Assembly (NCBI GenBank): GCA_963825865.1
Contig: CAWGVG010000049.1
Location: 1 to 62,704, forward strand
Length of the DNA stretch: 62,704 bases
Direction of reading: 5' to 3'
From: an uncultured Nitrososphaeraceae archaeon
GTDB taxonomy: Archaea > Thermoproteota > Nitrososphaeria > Nitrososphaerales > Nitrososphaeraceae
This document shows, one piece after another, positions 45,875 to 57,141 of the stretch. The notes below the pieces were generated by a model. The model was not told the origin of the DNA. It did no database searches and saw only the letters and a list, made by a program, of their open reading frames with translations. Positions within the stretch are counted from its first letter, which is position 1; each line of letters starts with the position of its first letter. Made by a program: the position numbers and the translations under genes.

Positions 45875-46312
45875 CTATAGAAATCTAAAGTCCTCTTTTA
45901 CTGTTACTAATACTATATGACTATTGGTTCTATCAACAAATGGCAATGATAGATCTTTTTTTACAAAATCGCTAAGGTCTTTACGATTTCTGAATTTTGC
46001 CACTATTATCATATCTGTTAATCCGGTAATGTCATAGACTGCACACACATTTGGAAACTTTGATATGTGTTTTTCTACTTCTGTTATCTTTCCTTTAACA
46101 GCTGTAAGCTCAATTATTGCTGTTAGATCATAGCCTAACTTTTCATGATCTAACAATGCCGAATAAGATTTGATAATATGATTGCTCTCTAGTCTTTGTA
46201 TTCTTGTAAGAACAGTAGGCGGAGAGACACCAATCTCTTCTGCTATTTTTCGATATGACAATCGAGCGTCTGATAATACTTGTTTAAGTATTTTAACATC
46301 TGTTTCATCCAT
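45875..46312 (-). CDS. Lrp/AsnC family transcriptional regulator
   Basis: MDETDVKIL..L..DARLSYRKIAEEIGVSPPTV..RI; YDITGLTD. Confidence 0.95.
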   Translation of the reverse strand: MDETDVKILKQVLSDARLSYRKIAEEIGVSPPTVLTRIQRLESNHIIKSYSALLDHEKLGYDLTAIIELTAVKGKITEVEKHISKFPNVCAVYDITGLTDMIIVAKFRNRKDLSDFVKKDLSLPFVDRTNSHIVLVTVKEDFRFL

Positions 46313-46657
46313 ACCAAATATATTAACGGTTAACTGACTAACAAATAAAAGTTATTCTAGGATCTTTATTATTGAATATTAAGAATAATAGCATAAATCA
46401 TCATATTTTATTCTCTTGTACCATTTATAGTAATTTTTGTCATTCAATTAACATGACATTACATCAGAGGTTTTTGAAGCTGATATTTTCAATGCCACAG
46501 TAGATAAATACCTCAGTTAAATTAAGTAAAATTTGTATTATCAATACTACAATGTAAATCAGCAAATTAAGTATAAGTAAATTGCCAAGATATAGAAAAA
46601 ATTAATATTAAAAATAAATGTCAAATCTGAAAACCAGGCATTCTTTAGCTATGAGAT

Positions 46658-46990
46658 CTATGTGCTTAGTTTTATCCGACTATTGCAGTAGTTAGTATCT
46701 GGAATAGTAATTTTTATTATTATTATTGTAGTAGGGTAACGCGGGAAAATGCGGCAGTTCGCGCAGTTTTCGTTTGGACAAATCACCATTTGCAAATACA
46801 AAAGTTTACAGTTGTCACATCTCAATACAGTATTAGTGAAGGATTTTGTGGGCTTAAGAGTAGCTGGAGCATGACAATGAATACAACATACAGTACGAAT
46901 GGTCCATGGCTGTATTGGTAGTGGTGGTGAATGCTTCTCTCTCACATTTTGACAATCCATTTGGTATAACGTGGTATAGAATCTGAACAA
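46658..46990 (-). CDS. small multi-CxxC zinc-ribbon protein (start uncertain)
   Basis: CIHC, CDNC, CPNENCANC. Confidence 0.5.
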   Translation of the reverse strand: MFRFYTTLYQMDCQNVREKHSPPLPIQPWTIRTVCCIHCHAPATLKPTKSFTNTVLRCDNCKLLYLQMVICPNENCANCRIFPRYPTTIIIIKITIPDTNYCNSRIKLST

Positions 46991-47144
46991 TTAGCTAGAC
47001 TTATTTCAGTTCGTGTTAATGCTTCACAAAGTTGAAGAATATCAGGAATATCAATTACTATCGGCCTAAATGAACACGAAATTGCAATACTTACGGTATC
47101 TGTATGATGTATTGTTACTGTAACATCAATATAATCTCACCTGT

Positions 47145-47441
47145 TTGGTGTCAAATCACGATTCAATAAAGGACATAATAAATGAGTTAGATAAGGAAAC
47201 AGCCAGAATAATTATTTCAAAGGAAATCAGGGGTAGATACAAGAAAACCTCTACAGTAATAAGAGGCATAGAACACAATACGAAAGATGTCGAGGTGATA
47301 ACCAGCGAATTGAAGACAAGGATAGGAACAGGAGGCACGTATAAAGAAGGACAAATTATTCTGCAAGGAGATCACAGAGAGGCTGTCAGAGAGTTCTTAA
47401 TAAAAAAGCGATTTAGCGAACAATCAATCGAAGTGTTATAG
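47145..47441 (+). CDS. sui1: SUI1/aIF1 translation initiation factor family protein
   Basis: YKKTSTVIRGI...ELKTRIGTGGTYKEGQIILQGDHRE. Confidence 0.9.
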   Translation: MVSNHDSIKDIINELDKETARIIISKEIRGRYKKTSTVIRGIEHNTKDVEVITSELKTRIGTGGTYKEGQIILQGDHREAVREFLIKKRFSEQSIEVL

Positions 47442-47457
47442 TTCGGTATACAATACT

Positions 47458-47685
47458 GACATAATTGAAATAGGAATTCCGTTTTCTGATCCCATTGCAG
47501 ATGGTCCAATAATTCAAGAAGCATCATATCTTGCTTTGCAAAAGGGTATTACACCTGACAAGAGTTTAGAAATTGCTAAAGAGATTAGAAAGGAATTTCC
47601 AAAAACACCTATAGTTTTGATGACTTATTCAAATATTCTCAATAAAGCAGGATTTAGCAAATTTATAAAAAAAGGTAAAAAATGT
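47458..47685 (+). pseudogene. trpA: tryptophan synthase alpha chain internal fragment
   Basis: DIIEIGIPFSDPIADGPIIQEAS..ALQKG...PIVLMTYSN. Confidence 0.93.
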
Positions 47686-47688
47686 ATT

Positions 47689-47817
47689 ATGGAAAAGATA
47701 AAAATAATATTTCCTGAATTTAACGAAACTGTATCTGTGGAATTAGATGACTCACAATCACCCAAAACTGTTAAAGCAATACTAGAGAATCTCCCAATTG
47801 AAGTAAATATCAATAAA
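47689..47817 (+). pseudogene. cyclophilin-like fold (DUF369-type) N-terminal fragment, in frame with the trpA piece
   Basis: MEKIKIIF...VELDDSQSPKTVKAILENLPIEVNINK. Confidence 0.65.
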
Positions 47818-48231
47818 TGTTCAGAAGATATAATTGTCATTACCATAATCATTACCCAATTCCTTATTCTTTGGTGTATGATCGTCAATGTATTTTTTGT
47901 TTAATTTCTTGCTTTCGGGGTCTTTCCGATAAGCATAAGTCACGGATCTTAAAATTATTGTCATCCGAAGCCACCCCATCATTTATCTGAATAACCAGCG
48001 ATCTCTGAGATCTGATAGTTGTGGTACTGTTTTTACTATCACTTATTGATAGTTACCTCATTTTAAGTATAAGATGATACGATTCTAATTCTAATGCATA
48101 CAACAACATCATATACAAGACTAACAAAGGTTATGATTACTAATAATAATCTCTTATAACTATTAAGCATCTTTAATTTATTTAGTACAATTTTAAGATG
48201 ATTTAATTTACAAACTTCGCATAACCAATCT

Positions 48232-48393
48232 ATGGAAGCATTAGAATCCATCGTATGGTTGGCATTAGGCTTTGTACCGACCATGGCTTTTATGGAAATT
48301 TCATTTAGAATGGAAAGAAAGAGAATGCTAAAAGGAAAAGGAAAATCCTCATCAATGACATCATCATCAGTTCCGCCAATGACCAAAATGTAG
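48232..48393 (+). CDS. 53-aa single-TM microprotein
   Basis: MEALESIVWLALGFVPTMAFMEISFRMERKRMLKGKGKSSSMTSSSVPPMTKM*. Confidence 0.6.
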   Translation: MEALESIVWLALGFVPTMAFMEISFRMERKRMLKGKGKSSSMTSSSVPPMTKM

Positions 48394-48905
48394 GGAAAAA
48401 TGATATGATGATCGCTAGAATATATTTTTGCAAAAATATAATCAAATTGTTAGCTACTGCTGTAAAGCAAGCACTCCATATACATCCAATAATAAATAAT
48501 CATCATAGTTCTAAACTCACCTTCCGTAATCTTGTTAGCATATTAGAAGTAAGTATGGCATATGCTGCATCATATCCTCCAATATATCCCGGTTGGGCTT
48601 CTGATGATTGGTATTAAAAAAACAATAATTCCTCCTCCTGATTCAGGTATATAGTGTATCCTCTGTCAAATCATTGTTATTATTATTATAATTGAAAGAC
48701 TCGCTGACGCAGAAAATGAATGTTCTCTGTTAGTTGATTTTCCATGCCCTGTTATCGAATTATAAATATAACACCTACACGATTAAAACAACATTTTTCG
48801 TTATTTGCAATGTCACACATATTATATTAACTAAATCAATATCGAACATAACAAATATGTAGAAGAAGATGCGGAAAAAAAGTAGCGCAGAATTATGATA
48901 TAGAT

Positions 48906-49094
48906 ATGGAGGAAGACATACCTGATTCACCTGTATATAGACGGTTACAAGAAAAAATACAGTTGTTAGAAGATGAAAGAGATTTCTACCAGGAACAATA
49001 TGATAGTCAAAAAATAAGGATCAGATCACTAGAAGAGCAGATAAAACTATTACAAGAACAAGAACAACTTGATGATTATGATGATGATATATAA
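48906..49094 (+). CDS. small acidic coiled-coil protein
   Basis: Heptad pattern LQEKIQLLEDE...IRSLEEQIKLLQ. Confidence 0.5.
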   Translation: MEEDIPDSPVYRRLQEKIQLLEDERDFYQEQYDSQKIRIRSLEEQIKLLQEQEQLDDYDDDI

Positions 49095-49662
49095 AATATA
49101 TGACAACAACAAAAACAAAAATAGGCTTATATTATCAGGAGACGATATTTCATGTCCTTTTGGAATTTTTTCGTTAAACTTGCTGAAATGGCATTGGTGG
49201 TACAATTGTTGGTGGTGGTGATGGTCACTGGAACATGTGGCATAAACTGATTTATTACAAAAGCTATGATTATTCCAATAAATACAAATACAACAATAGC
49301 TGATATCGCTATACCTAGTTGCAATGGAGCTCAGGATTGCAACTACTTTCCATGAAGAAGCAGAAATCTTTTTTCCAGAAGGTAGCGTAGATGACTGCAA
49401 TGTAGGATGATTATTGTTATTATTGTATTATTGTATGCTAATTGTCTTTTACCTAATGTCTATGGTAGTTAAAGAGGGGTCGGAGATGGCACTCAAGATA
49501 CCCTAAAGCTACTCTTAGGAATATAGATTGAAAATGTATAAAGCTAAGCTGACTGATTCATGATTTCTAATAGTTTTTAGAAAAACTAAAAGCAAGAGAT
49601 TTACAGATATGCAAATGCAGCCATACAATTTTATTGTCTTCGTCGTCTTATTATTATTATTA

Positions 49663-49960
49663 TTACAAGGACTTTATTCTTACGGTAGATGGAACTAGAA
49701 TAATTCTTTCTTCTCCTAAGCGAAAAACAGAATAATTTTTTTTTGTAGCCATCGAATAAACTTCATTTAGTAGCTTCATTGCTTCTTCAATATTTTTTGT
49801 CACTATTGGTGTGATTCTTGCGATTAGAATAGCAGGTTCTTTATTATCGCAAAAATGGTCTTGCAATTCTAATAGCTGTGAATAACTGTGAATAGAAATG
49901 GTTTTCAACCAGAGTTGTTGTTGTTCTTCTTTTTTCTCTTCAGATTTTTCTCTTAAGTTA
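49663..49960 (-). pseudogene. sepF: SepF-like protein lacking its native start
   Basis: LKTISIHSYSQL...ILIARITPI...VFRLGEERIILVPSTVRI. Confidence 0.6.
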
Positions 49961-49964
49961 GCTT

Positions 49965-50333
49965 GTGATGATGATGTTGTCCATCCAGAAATGCAATCAA
50001 CTAGCATCAGAAAGTGGATGGGATAACAACCAAGAACAAGAATGTGCAAACCTGATATGTACTAACCCAGGTGAAAACGTAACTTGTACAGAAGAGGGAG
50101 TTACAACACCAACATCAACACCTCTGCTAGCTACTGGCACCTTGTTAGTTACAAAATCCTGTCCACATGTTGCTACCGTTCCGTGCGTGTTTACAATAAC
50201 GGTGACAGGCAATAATAACCCTCAACCATCTACATTCGTTCTTCAAAATGGAGATAATCAACTTGTTACATTTTCGGCAGATAGCTGCCCAACACGAATA
50301 TCAACTGGCTTCAGAGCAGCGGCTAAGAAGTGA
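49965..50333 (+). pseudogene. fragment of a secreted Cys-containing surface protein
   Basis: CNQ...ECANLICTNPG..TCTEEG then FTITVTGNNNPQPSTF. Confidence 0.5.
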
Positions 50334-50994
50334 TAATAGCAGAAAAGATGTACCATCTGGTTCGCCGTATAAGTAATGTGTACAGTTAGCTAATTAGTAG
50401 TAGTAATAATAGCAGTACTTGAGATAAAATTGGTAGACGAAGGAATTAAGAAAAAAATCAATTACAAAGCTCCTCCTAGTGCGACATCGGCAGGAGATAA
50501 CCCTACACATATTACTGACATAAAGGCCAGGAGAGATAAGCAGAAACTAAATCAAAAAGTAGCAGGAAGTATGTTCATGTTCTTTTTTACAAAATAACCA
50601 AAAGCTGAATCTAAGATGTATGTCTTTGCCCAATCCTAATTACGAACAAGTATATAGTTGTGGTGCATAAAGTATATTAAATTCAACATATCTGTTGGTG
50701 GCCATCTTACTAGACTTGGAACAAGAAACGATGTAATAGTACAGAGAATTTGTATCCGCCTTCGAAAAGGCGAGCTGCTCAAGCAAACCAACAAGTCTCA
50801 TTTGGTGACGTTGCAAAGCAGGTAGGAGGACGACAACAACCTTTTATTTTCTCTTTGGCGAAAAGAGATGATGCAAGATGATAAGGTCGAGTTCTTTCAA
50901 AGTGGACTTTTTTATAACTACTAATATGTTGTAGATTTCTCTTGCTCTAATATACAAATAATAATATCTAGATAGACTTTGTTATTCTGTTATG

Positions 50995-51230
50995 CTACTT
51001 GGTAATTCCTTTTGTTGCATTTAGGATTAACTCGGCAATTTGATGTGGATGTGACACAAATGGTACATGACTAGCGTTGACTGTCATAGTCCATTAATCT
51101 GCTTTGTAAACATGCGTTAGGCATCAGGAGGAATTATGCGGTCGTTCCCGGATACCTGGTACCATGTTGGTAGCTGCTTCCAAGCTGGAGGACCAGATTT
51201 TTCGGCAAGAATTGACGTTTCTCTATTTAG
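50995..51230 (-). pseudogene. alpha/beta hydrolase C-terminal fragment (paralogue of 10395-10910)
   Basis: ILAEKSGPPAWKQLPTWYQVSGNDRIIPP...ASHVPFVSHP. Confidence 0.8.
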
Positions 51231-51339
51231 TGTTGTGTTCTTTTATCAGTTTGCTGTTGCAAAAGTAATTCGTTGCCTACATCACTGGAGGTATTGCGGA
51301 TCTCAGCCTAAACTCTGATAGGCCTAAGTTATCCATGGC

Positions 51340-51580
51340 TTAACTAGCGCGATATTCCGGATCATTGGGATGTGGAGTCAGCACGTAATAGTGACCTTCA
51401 TCCAGATATGAAGTGGTAACGAGTCGAGGACTTTACGAAGCTCAGCCTCGTCTGTGGCTCGGAATAGTCCAATGCTGCGCCATTCACCTGGACCGAGCTG
51501 CAGCCGCCAAAGCCGGATCAAATGGCCTGATTTAGAGAGCTCAGCAGCACGCACTGCCTCCGCCGAGCGCAATTCATCGA
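51340..51580 (-). pseudogene. muconolactone delta-isomerase (CatC-like) fragment
   Basis: EAVRAAEL...GHLIRLWR...IGLF.A.DEAEL..VLDSLPL..WM.VT, then TPHPND in a shifted frame. Confidence 0.8.
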
Positions 51581-52268
51581 TTTAATGTGTCTTTTTGCAG
51601 CGAATAACAAAAGATTTAGGAGTTAGGTGCAAAAGGCCAAAACTGGAATTGCTACATGGAGGAGAGGATTATGAAGAGGGAAAAGAGAAAGTGCAAAACT
51701 ACAAACAGATAGTCTCAGCTCTGAAAAAAAGGGAGTTGTAGTAGCATTTGAAGATGAGACTATTATAACACGGAAACCTTGTATTCGAAAATCTATGAGT
51801 TTTGAAGGTGAGCAACAAAGGATAGAACATACTGGTAGTAGAAAGAAGTTCTCTGCATACATATCCATGGTATGGCCTGAAGAGAAATTAATGACGTATG
51901 ATTTCTATGATAAAATGGATTCTACGAATACTATCGACCATCTAGAGAATCTCAAGACAAACATTATGAAAAATGATTGGTGGAAAAGACTGGTATCATA
52001 TGGGATAACGCTTCATATCATGTAAGCCTAATGGTGACGGAATTATATCAATGCACAGAGAAAGAAGACTGGCTGACCATAATCCACCTTCCAAAGAAAG
52101 CACCATACCTAAATCCGAATGAAAGGAAAGTAAACCAGCAAATAAAGTCAGATGTATGTGCGAATAGATTCTATGAACATATGGAAGACCAGAAAGCTGC
52201 AGTATCAGAATATTTGGACAAACGATTTGGAAGATGGTATGACGACATTAGTTATGACACTTGACTTA
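51577..52268 (+). mobile_element. IS630-family transposase remnant (5'-truncated, frameshifted)
   Basis: CKRPKLEL, AFEDET, IWDNASYH, LPKKAPYLNPNE. Confidence 0.88.
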
Positions 52269-52404
52269 GCAGGGCTAGTTCCTTCGGGAACTGTAGTTAC
52301 AAGATCGGTAAGGTATTCCATGCTTTGTACATTGGTTTCCAGGATTTAGTCATTTCTGTCACTGCTTACTGCACTACCTATGTGATTATTGCCATAACGG
52401 TACA

Positions 52405-52533
52405 AGAAATTCTAATGCAGCTAATGCAAATATCCAATTAGATAAACTATGACGTTCAAAGAGCTCAAGAAAAGAGTCAGTTTAGAATCATAACAGCAAC
52501 AATCTAGGCTATCTGAGAGACTACAAAACAAAC
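52405..52533 (+). pseudogene. start of a second terminase-like gene copy plus its upstream region
   Basis: MTFKELKKRVSLES*QQQSRLSERLQNK matches MTFKDLKKIVCLATTQQQSRLSEILKGK at 22966. Confidence 0.75.
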
Positions 52534-52852
52534 TGATTTACCTGGCCAACGGAATAGAGTATGAAATGAAAGATGGTACAGTCAGAAACAACATTTCAAA
52601 ACTCAGAAAGACAGGAGAAGTAAAATTAGCATCTATGTCTAAACCTGCATTCTATATTATACCTGGCAAGAAGTAATAATATTCTCTTGTTTGCTTTCAA
52701 ACACTCCTTATCAAAATTGATAATGCTAATAATGCTAAAGGAATTTAGAAAAATAACTATAAAAAGAATCATTGACACCTACGTATATTCCATTTGAAAA
52801 ACTCTATATTCATTGAATAGGGTCATTATGTTCCATCTCTAGTATTCATCAA

Positions 52853-52920
52853 AGTCAAGTGTCATATCTAATGGCGTCATGCCATCTTCCAAATCGCTTT
52901 TCTAGATATTCGGATACTGC
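52853..52920 (-). mobile_element. second, inverted 3' end of the IS630 transposase
   Basis: AVSEYLEKRFGRWHDAIRYDT* vs AVSEYLDKRFGRWYDDISYDT*. Confidence 0.85.
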
Positions 52921-53054
52921 GGACTCAATTATCTCAATCTATAGCCCAGTGTCCATCTCGTTCTGAGATTGTGGTAAACAAGTATTTGGTATAGAAGTAC
53001 TGATAGGAGGTACTATTCCAGCAACCTTGTAATAATCATAATCAAAATTTACAG

Positions 53055-53579
53055 GATTTGATGAGATGAGAAGACAAATGGAAACACAATTTGAAGAGCA
53101 ACTTAGAGATATACAAACGAAAGCACCAAAAGAATTGATAAGAGAATATCAATCACCGGAAGTTGGCAAAGTAAGACAGGCAGGACCTATTGTTTACGGT
53201 TATTCTGCTAATATTGGACCTGATGGTAAGCCAAAGATAAGGGAATTTGGTAATGTTAAATCATTTGGTAGAAGTATTAGTGGTAGCAAGGGAGACCTTA
53301 GTAGTACCTGCTGGACCTCAAATCACAGCAGAAAGAGAACCTTTGACAGACGTAATTGCCTCTGATAAAGAAGTCAAAGTGATAGTAGAATTACACAGTG
53401 TTAACAAAGACAGTATCAAGGTAAATGCTTCTGATATCTCAGTAGAAATATCGGCTCAAACTTCAGATAGAAAATATCGCCGAGTAGTTGATTTACTACC
53501 AGAAGCTGACACTCAGACAGCTAAATCAAATTATAGGAATGGGATACTTGAAATTGTATTTAACAAAAACAAGAATTGA
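53055..53579 (+). pseudogene. archaeal small heat-shock protein Hsp20, 5'-truncated and frameshifted
   Basis: GPIVYGYS..IGPDGKPKIREFGN; EREPLTDV...AKSNYRNGILEI. Confidence 0.9.
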
Positions 53580-53646
53580 ATCCAAAGGGAACGGAGATAA
53601 AAGTAGGATAAAAGAAAATCAAGATATCAGGAGGCAAAACCATAAT

Positions 53647-54207
53647 ATGCAAAAAAGTAGGATATCAAGTTCGTCGGCTTCCAAACCTTCGGACTACGTA
53701 CGTTATGCACCTTCAACCATATTAAAAGCAGGCACTCCTGCTCCAGACTTTACTCTTCACACAACGCCTGATCAAAAAGTATCACTAAGTGAGTTCCGCG
53801 ATCGCCCTACAATTCTTGCATTCTATCCAGCAGATTGGTCTCCAGTTTGTGGGGATGAGATGACACTATTTAACGAAATTTTACCTGAATTTGAAAAATT
53901 CAATGCAGCTATGATGGGAATCTCCGTTGACGGTGTCTGGTGTCATCTTGCATTTTCCAAAGATCGAAAGTTAAGATTTCCTCTCTTTTCCGATTTTGAG
54001 CCTAAAGGTGAAGTTGCCATGAAATATGGAGTGTACCGCCGAGAAGACGGTGTATCAGAACGTGCTTTATTTCTTATTGATAAAGATGGAATCATTCACT
54101 GGAGCTATGTGTCTCCAATTGGTGTCAATCCTGGTGCACAGGGTATTCTTAACGCTCTAGAGTCTTTGAACTCGCAAAAGGAGAAAGTAGGAGCAAATAA
54201 GGAGTAG
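53647..54207 (+). CDS. peroxiredoxin (AhpC/TSA, AhpE-like)
   Basis: GTPAPDFTL, FYPADWSPVC, GISVD, ERALFLIDKDG. Confidence 0.92.
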   Translation: MQKSRISSSSASKPSDYVRYAPSTILKAGTPAPDFTLHTTPDQKVSLSEFRDRPTILAFYPADWSPVCGDEMTLFNEILPEFEKFNAAMMGISVDGVWCHLAFSKDRKLRFPLFSDFEPKGEVAMKYGVYRREDGVSERALFLIDKDGIIHWSYVSPIGVNPGAQGILNALESLNSQKEKVGANKE

Positions 54208-54226
54208 TAGGAGAACCAGAAATAAG

Positions 54227-54751
54227 GTGATGTCAATGGCAGAACTAGAGGAACAGGGAGAAATCGCAAAACTGAGTTTACCCGTTAGTATCAAGCGTGA
54301 CCACATTCAGGGAAAATCAGATGCGCGAGTAACTTTGGTTGAATATGGTGACTATGAGTGTCCCTATTGTGGACAAGCATATACGATAGTCAAGGAAATT
54401 CAAAAACAATTAAAAGACCAGTTGCGTTTCGTCTTTCGTAACTTTCCTCTTACCCAAATCCACCCTCACGCACAACAAACAGCTGAAGCTGCCGAAGCAG
54501 CAGGAGTACAAAAAAAGTTTTGGGATATGCATGATATTCTGTATGAAAATCAGCAGGCACTTGACTACTATCATTTAGTGGAATATGCGACCATATTAGG
54601 TCTTGATATCGAAAGATTCAACAACGATTTATTCAGTCATGTTCATGCCGGTCGTGTACGTGAAGACTTTATCAGTGGCGTTCGTAGCGGCGTAAATGGT
54701 ACTCCGACATTCTTTGTAGACTGCTTTTGGTATTTCTTATTCTTTGCTTAA
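54227..54751 (+). CDS. DsbA-family thioredoxin-like protein (C-terminus apparently replaced)
   Basis: EYGDYECPYC, FRNFPL...HP, GVNGTPTFFV. Confidence 0.88.
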   Translation: MMSMAELEEQGEIAKLSLPVSIKRDHIQGKSDARVTLVEYGDYECPYCGQAYTIVKEIQKQLKDQLRFVFRNFPLTQIHPHAQQTAEAAEAAGVQKKFWDMHDILYENQQALDYYHLVEYATILGLDIERFNNDLFSHVHAGRVREDFISGVRSGVNGTPTFFVDCFWYFLFFA

Positions 54752-55245
54752 CCTGATATCATCATCATCTTCTTCTTCTTACGTCGACGCTCCTCTACAC
54801 TCTTTTCATATTGAATCTCTTGTTCCCGCTCTTGGCCTGTATTATCTTCCTGTTCTTGACTTTTTTCTATCAAAGCAGCAGCATCTCTGTCCGGACGTTT
54901 TTTAGTAACTTCTTTTTCCAAAATATTTTTCGATTCTGGCGGACAATTCTCAACGTAGTGTTTGTAGCGCCTTTCGACATCGTTATTATTTCCCTGAAGC
55001 ACCTTTTCTATTTCATTACCTAGAGATTTCTTAACAAGTTCTTTGAGCTTCTCTGTTTCAAGGCTTTGAGGATAAGTAGCTAGCAAGTATTCAAATTGTT
55101 TCATGTATTCTACTACTTTATCACGATATTCTTCCTTAGTAGGCTTGTGATTTTTTGTTATCTTGAACCATGTGGTTGCACATTGAGCAGGATATGCTTT
55201 CGCAAGTTCTTCAATTACACGATCCATTTCAAAATAGTCTAGCAT
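54748..55245 (-). CDS. hypothetical protein: ~100-aa helical core plus charged tail (possibly chimeric)
   Basis: MLDYFEMDRVIEELAK...VERRYKHYVE then E/K/Q-rich sequence. Confidence 0.55.
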   Translation of the reverse strand: MLDYFEMDRVIEELAKAYPAQCATTWFKITKNHKPTKEEYRDKVVEYMKQFEYLLATYPQSLETEKLKELVKKSLGNEIEKVLQGNNNDVERRYKHYVENCPPESKNILEKEVTKKRPDRDAAALIEKSQEQEDNTGQEREQEIQYEKSVEERRRKKKKMMMISG

Positions 55246-55494
55246 AAAAATAAACTCCTACCTGAAACGATTAGAAGTACACTTAAAGCTGCCTATTATG
55301 AGCCCGTAAAGATTCTTTATTACCTTCCATAAATTAGTATATGTGTATTACATGTTTATAATTTAATCTGCTGTTTGTTTTGTTTGTTCTAAGATTATCT
55401 GTATAATATTAATACAAACTTTACTATATTAATGAAATTATTACAATATGTACAAAAAAAGCAAAAATGCCGAAGAGGTCATTTATGTATGTAT

Positions 55495-55611
55495 ATTGAC
55501 CTAATTGTAATTGGAACAAGAGGAAGATCAGGATTTAAGAAATTATTACTTGGGAGTATTGCATCTTCTGTAGTAACATATGCACATTGTCCTGTAATGG
55601 TAGTTAAGTGA
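55495..55611 (+). pseudogene. universal stress protein C-terminal fragment
   Basis: [38 protein letters not shown]. Confidence 0.88.
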
Positions 55612-56196
55612 TTGTAAACTAGAACGAAATCTGAATGAGAAGTGAATCTACAAATTCCTTAAAATTTCTTCAATGTTTCATGCTTCGTTTATCTCATTCG
55701 TATAGGAATCATTTTGCCTAAAGCGATGCTTCAAGTTTCTGAAACCTTCTAATTCAAGCTGATTTTTCAAATCATCGATAAACATGGCACTTTAGGGCAA
55801 TAAGCACTTATTCTATTCATGTTCAAATAACGGTTTCATTCTCTACTTATCCACTTATTCCTACGTAAAATAACTAACTAAGAAATTCTCTACTGCGCTT
55901 GTGTTCCTAATATTGGACCAAGAATAGGCCTTATTGGAGCTACAATTGGTAGACTAAATACTATACTTGTAGAGGTTTTCCACAAATAAAACCATTTACA
56001 ATTAGAGTTATCAAAGACTTGAAATAAAATCTGAATATTGATTCCACTAATGAGAAAACTATGGTTGAAACCATAGCTCTAAAACATTAAAATCCAGTAT
56101 AATAGGATAAGCGCAAGCAGCACTATCTATTAATTTACAGGACATTTCCGTTAATATTTTATAGTTACAAATTATTAGTAAATTCGAGATGACTCT

Positions 56197-57141
56197 TTGA
56201 CTATCTTATCTTCATCATCATCAGATACGGTCAGTGAAAGGACTGAGGTATTGCATGGTGAGCAGAACGTAGTAAATACTGTATTGCAGTTTACCTCTAA
56301 AGCAAAGAGCAGAATCGATGCCTGTGTGGATCACACCAGGCCGTCATTAACTATTGAAATTGAACAACTGAGGAAAGCGTTTCTTGATACCAAAAATAGG
56401 GGTGTAAGATTAAGGTACGTTACTGAAGTTAACGAGAATAATGTTGGCCATTGTAAAGAACTAATGAAAATGGTTGACGAGCTCCGCCATATAGAGGGAA
56501 TAAAAGGTAATTTCTACTTAAGTGAAACAGAATACATTGCTCCTGCAAGCTTACATGCGAAGGGAAAGCCAGCATCTCAGATTATCTATAGTAATGTAAA
56601 GGAAATTGTAGAACATCAGCAGCAATATGTATTTGATAGCTTTTGGAGCAGAGCAATTCCAGCTGAGCAGAAGATAAACGAGATAGAAGAAGGGATAGTA
56701 CATTATGAAACTAAAGTGTTAGAAGATAAAGAGCAGATCTTTAACCATATGAAATCTGTTATTGAGAAATCCAGCGAGAGATCAGTTCTTTCTTCAATTG
56801 GTGGAATGCAATTAGTTTATAATAACTTCTTCGAGGAGTACAAGAAAATCGTCGATAAGCAAAGGAGAAGAAGAAGAAGAGCAAGAGGAAAAGAAGGAAA
56901 AGGCATACGTTGGATCACTTCTATAGACAAGGACAGCGTAGAGTTAGTTAAAGTATTTCTAAATGCAGGTATACAAATAAGACACCTCAAAAGCCTAACG
57001 CCTATGAATTTTGCTGTTGACGACAGATACTTTTATGCCACTATAGACAGGATGAAGAATGGTAACTTTATGAAAAGCCTTTTGACTAGGTCTAAGTGGT
57101 TCATGGAAAAGCACCTGTGCAAAGGAGTGCCAAAGAAATGA
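56197..57141 (+). pseudogene. N-terminal tandem TrmB/PLD-like sensor region of a histidine kinase; kinase domain missing
   Basis: ERTEVLHG, RGVRLRYVTEV, ELRHIEGIKGNF, QQYVFDSFW.RAIPA; truncated at ~57090. Confidence 0.75.
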
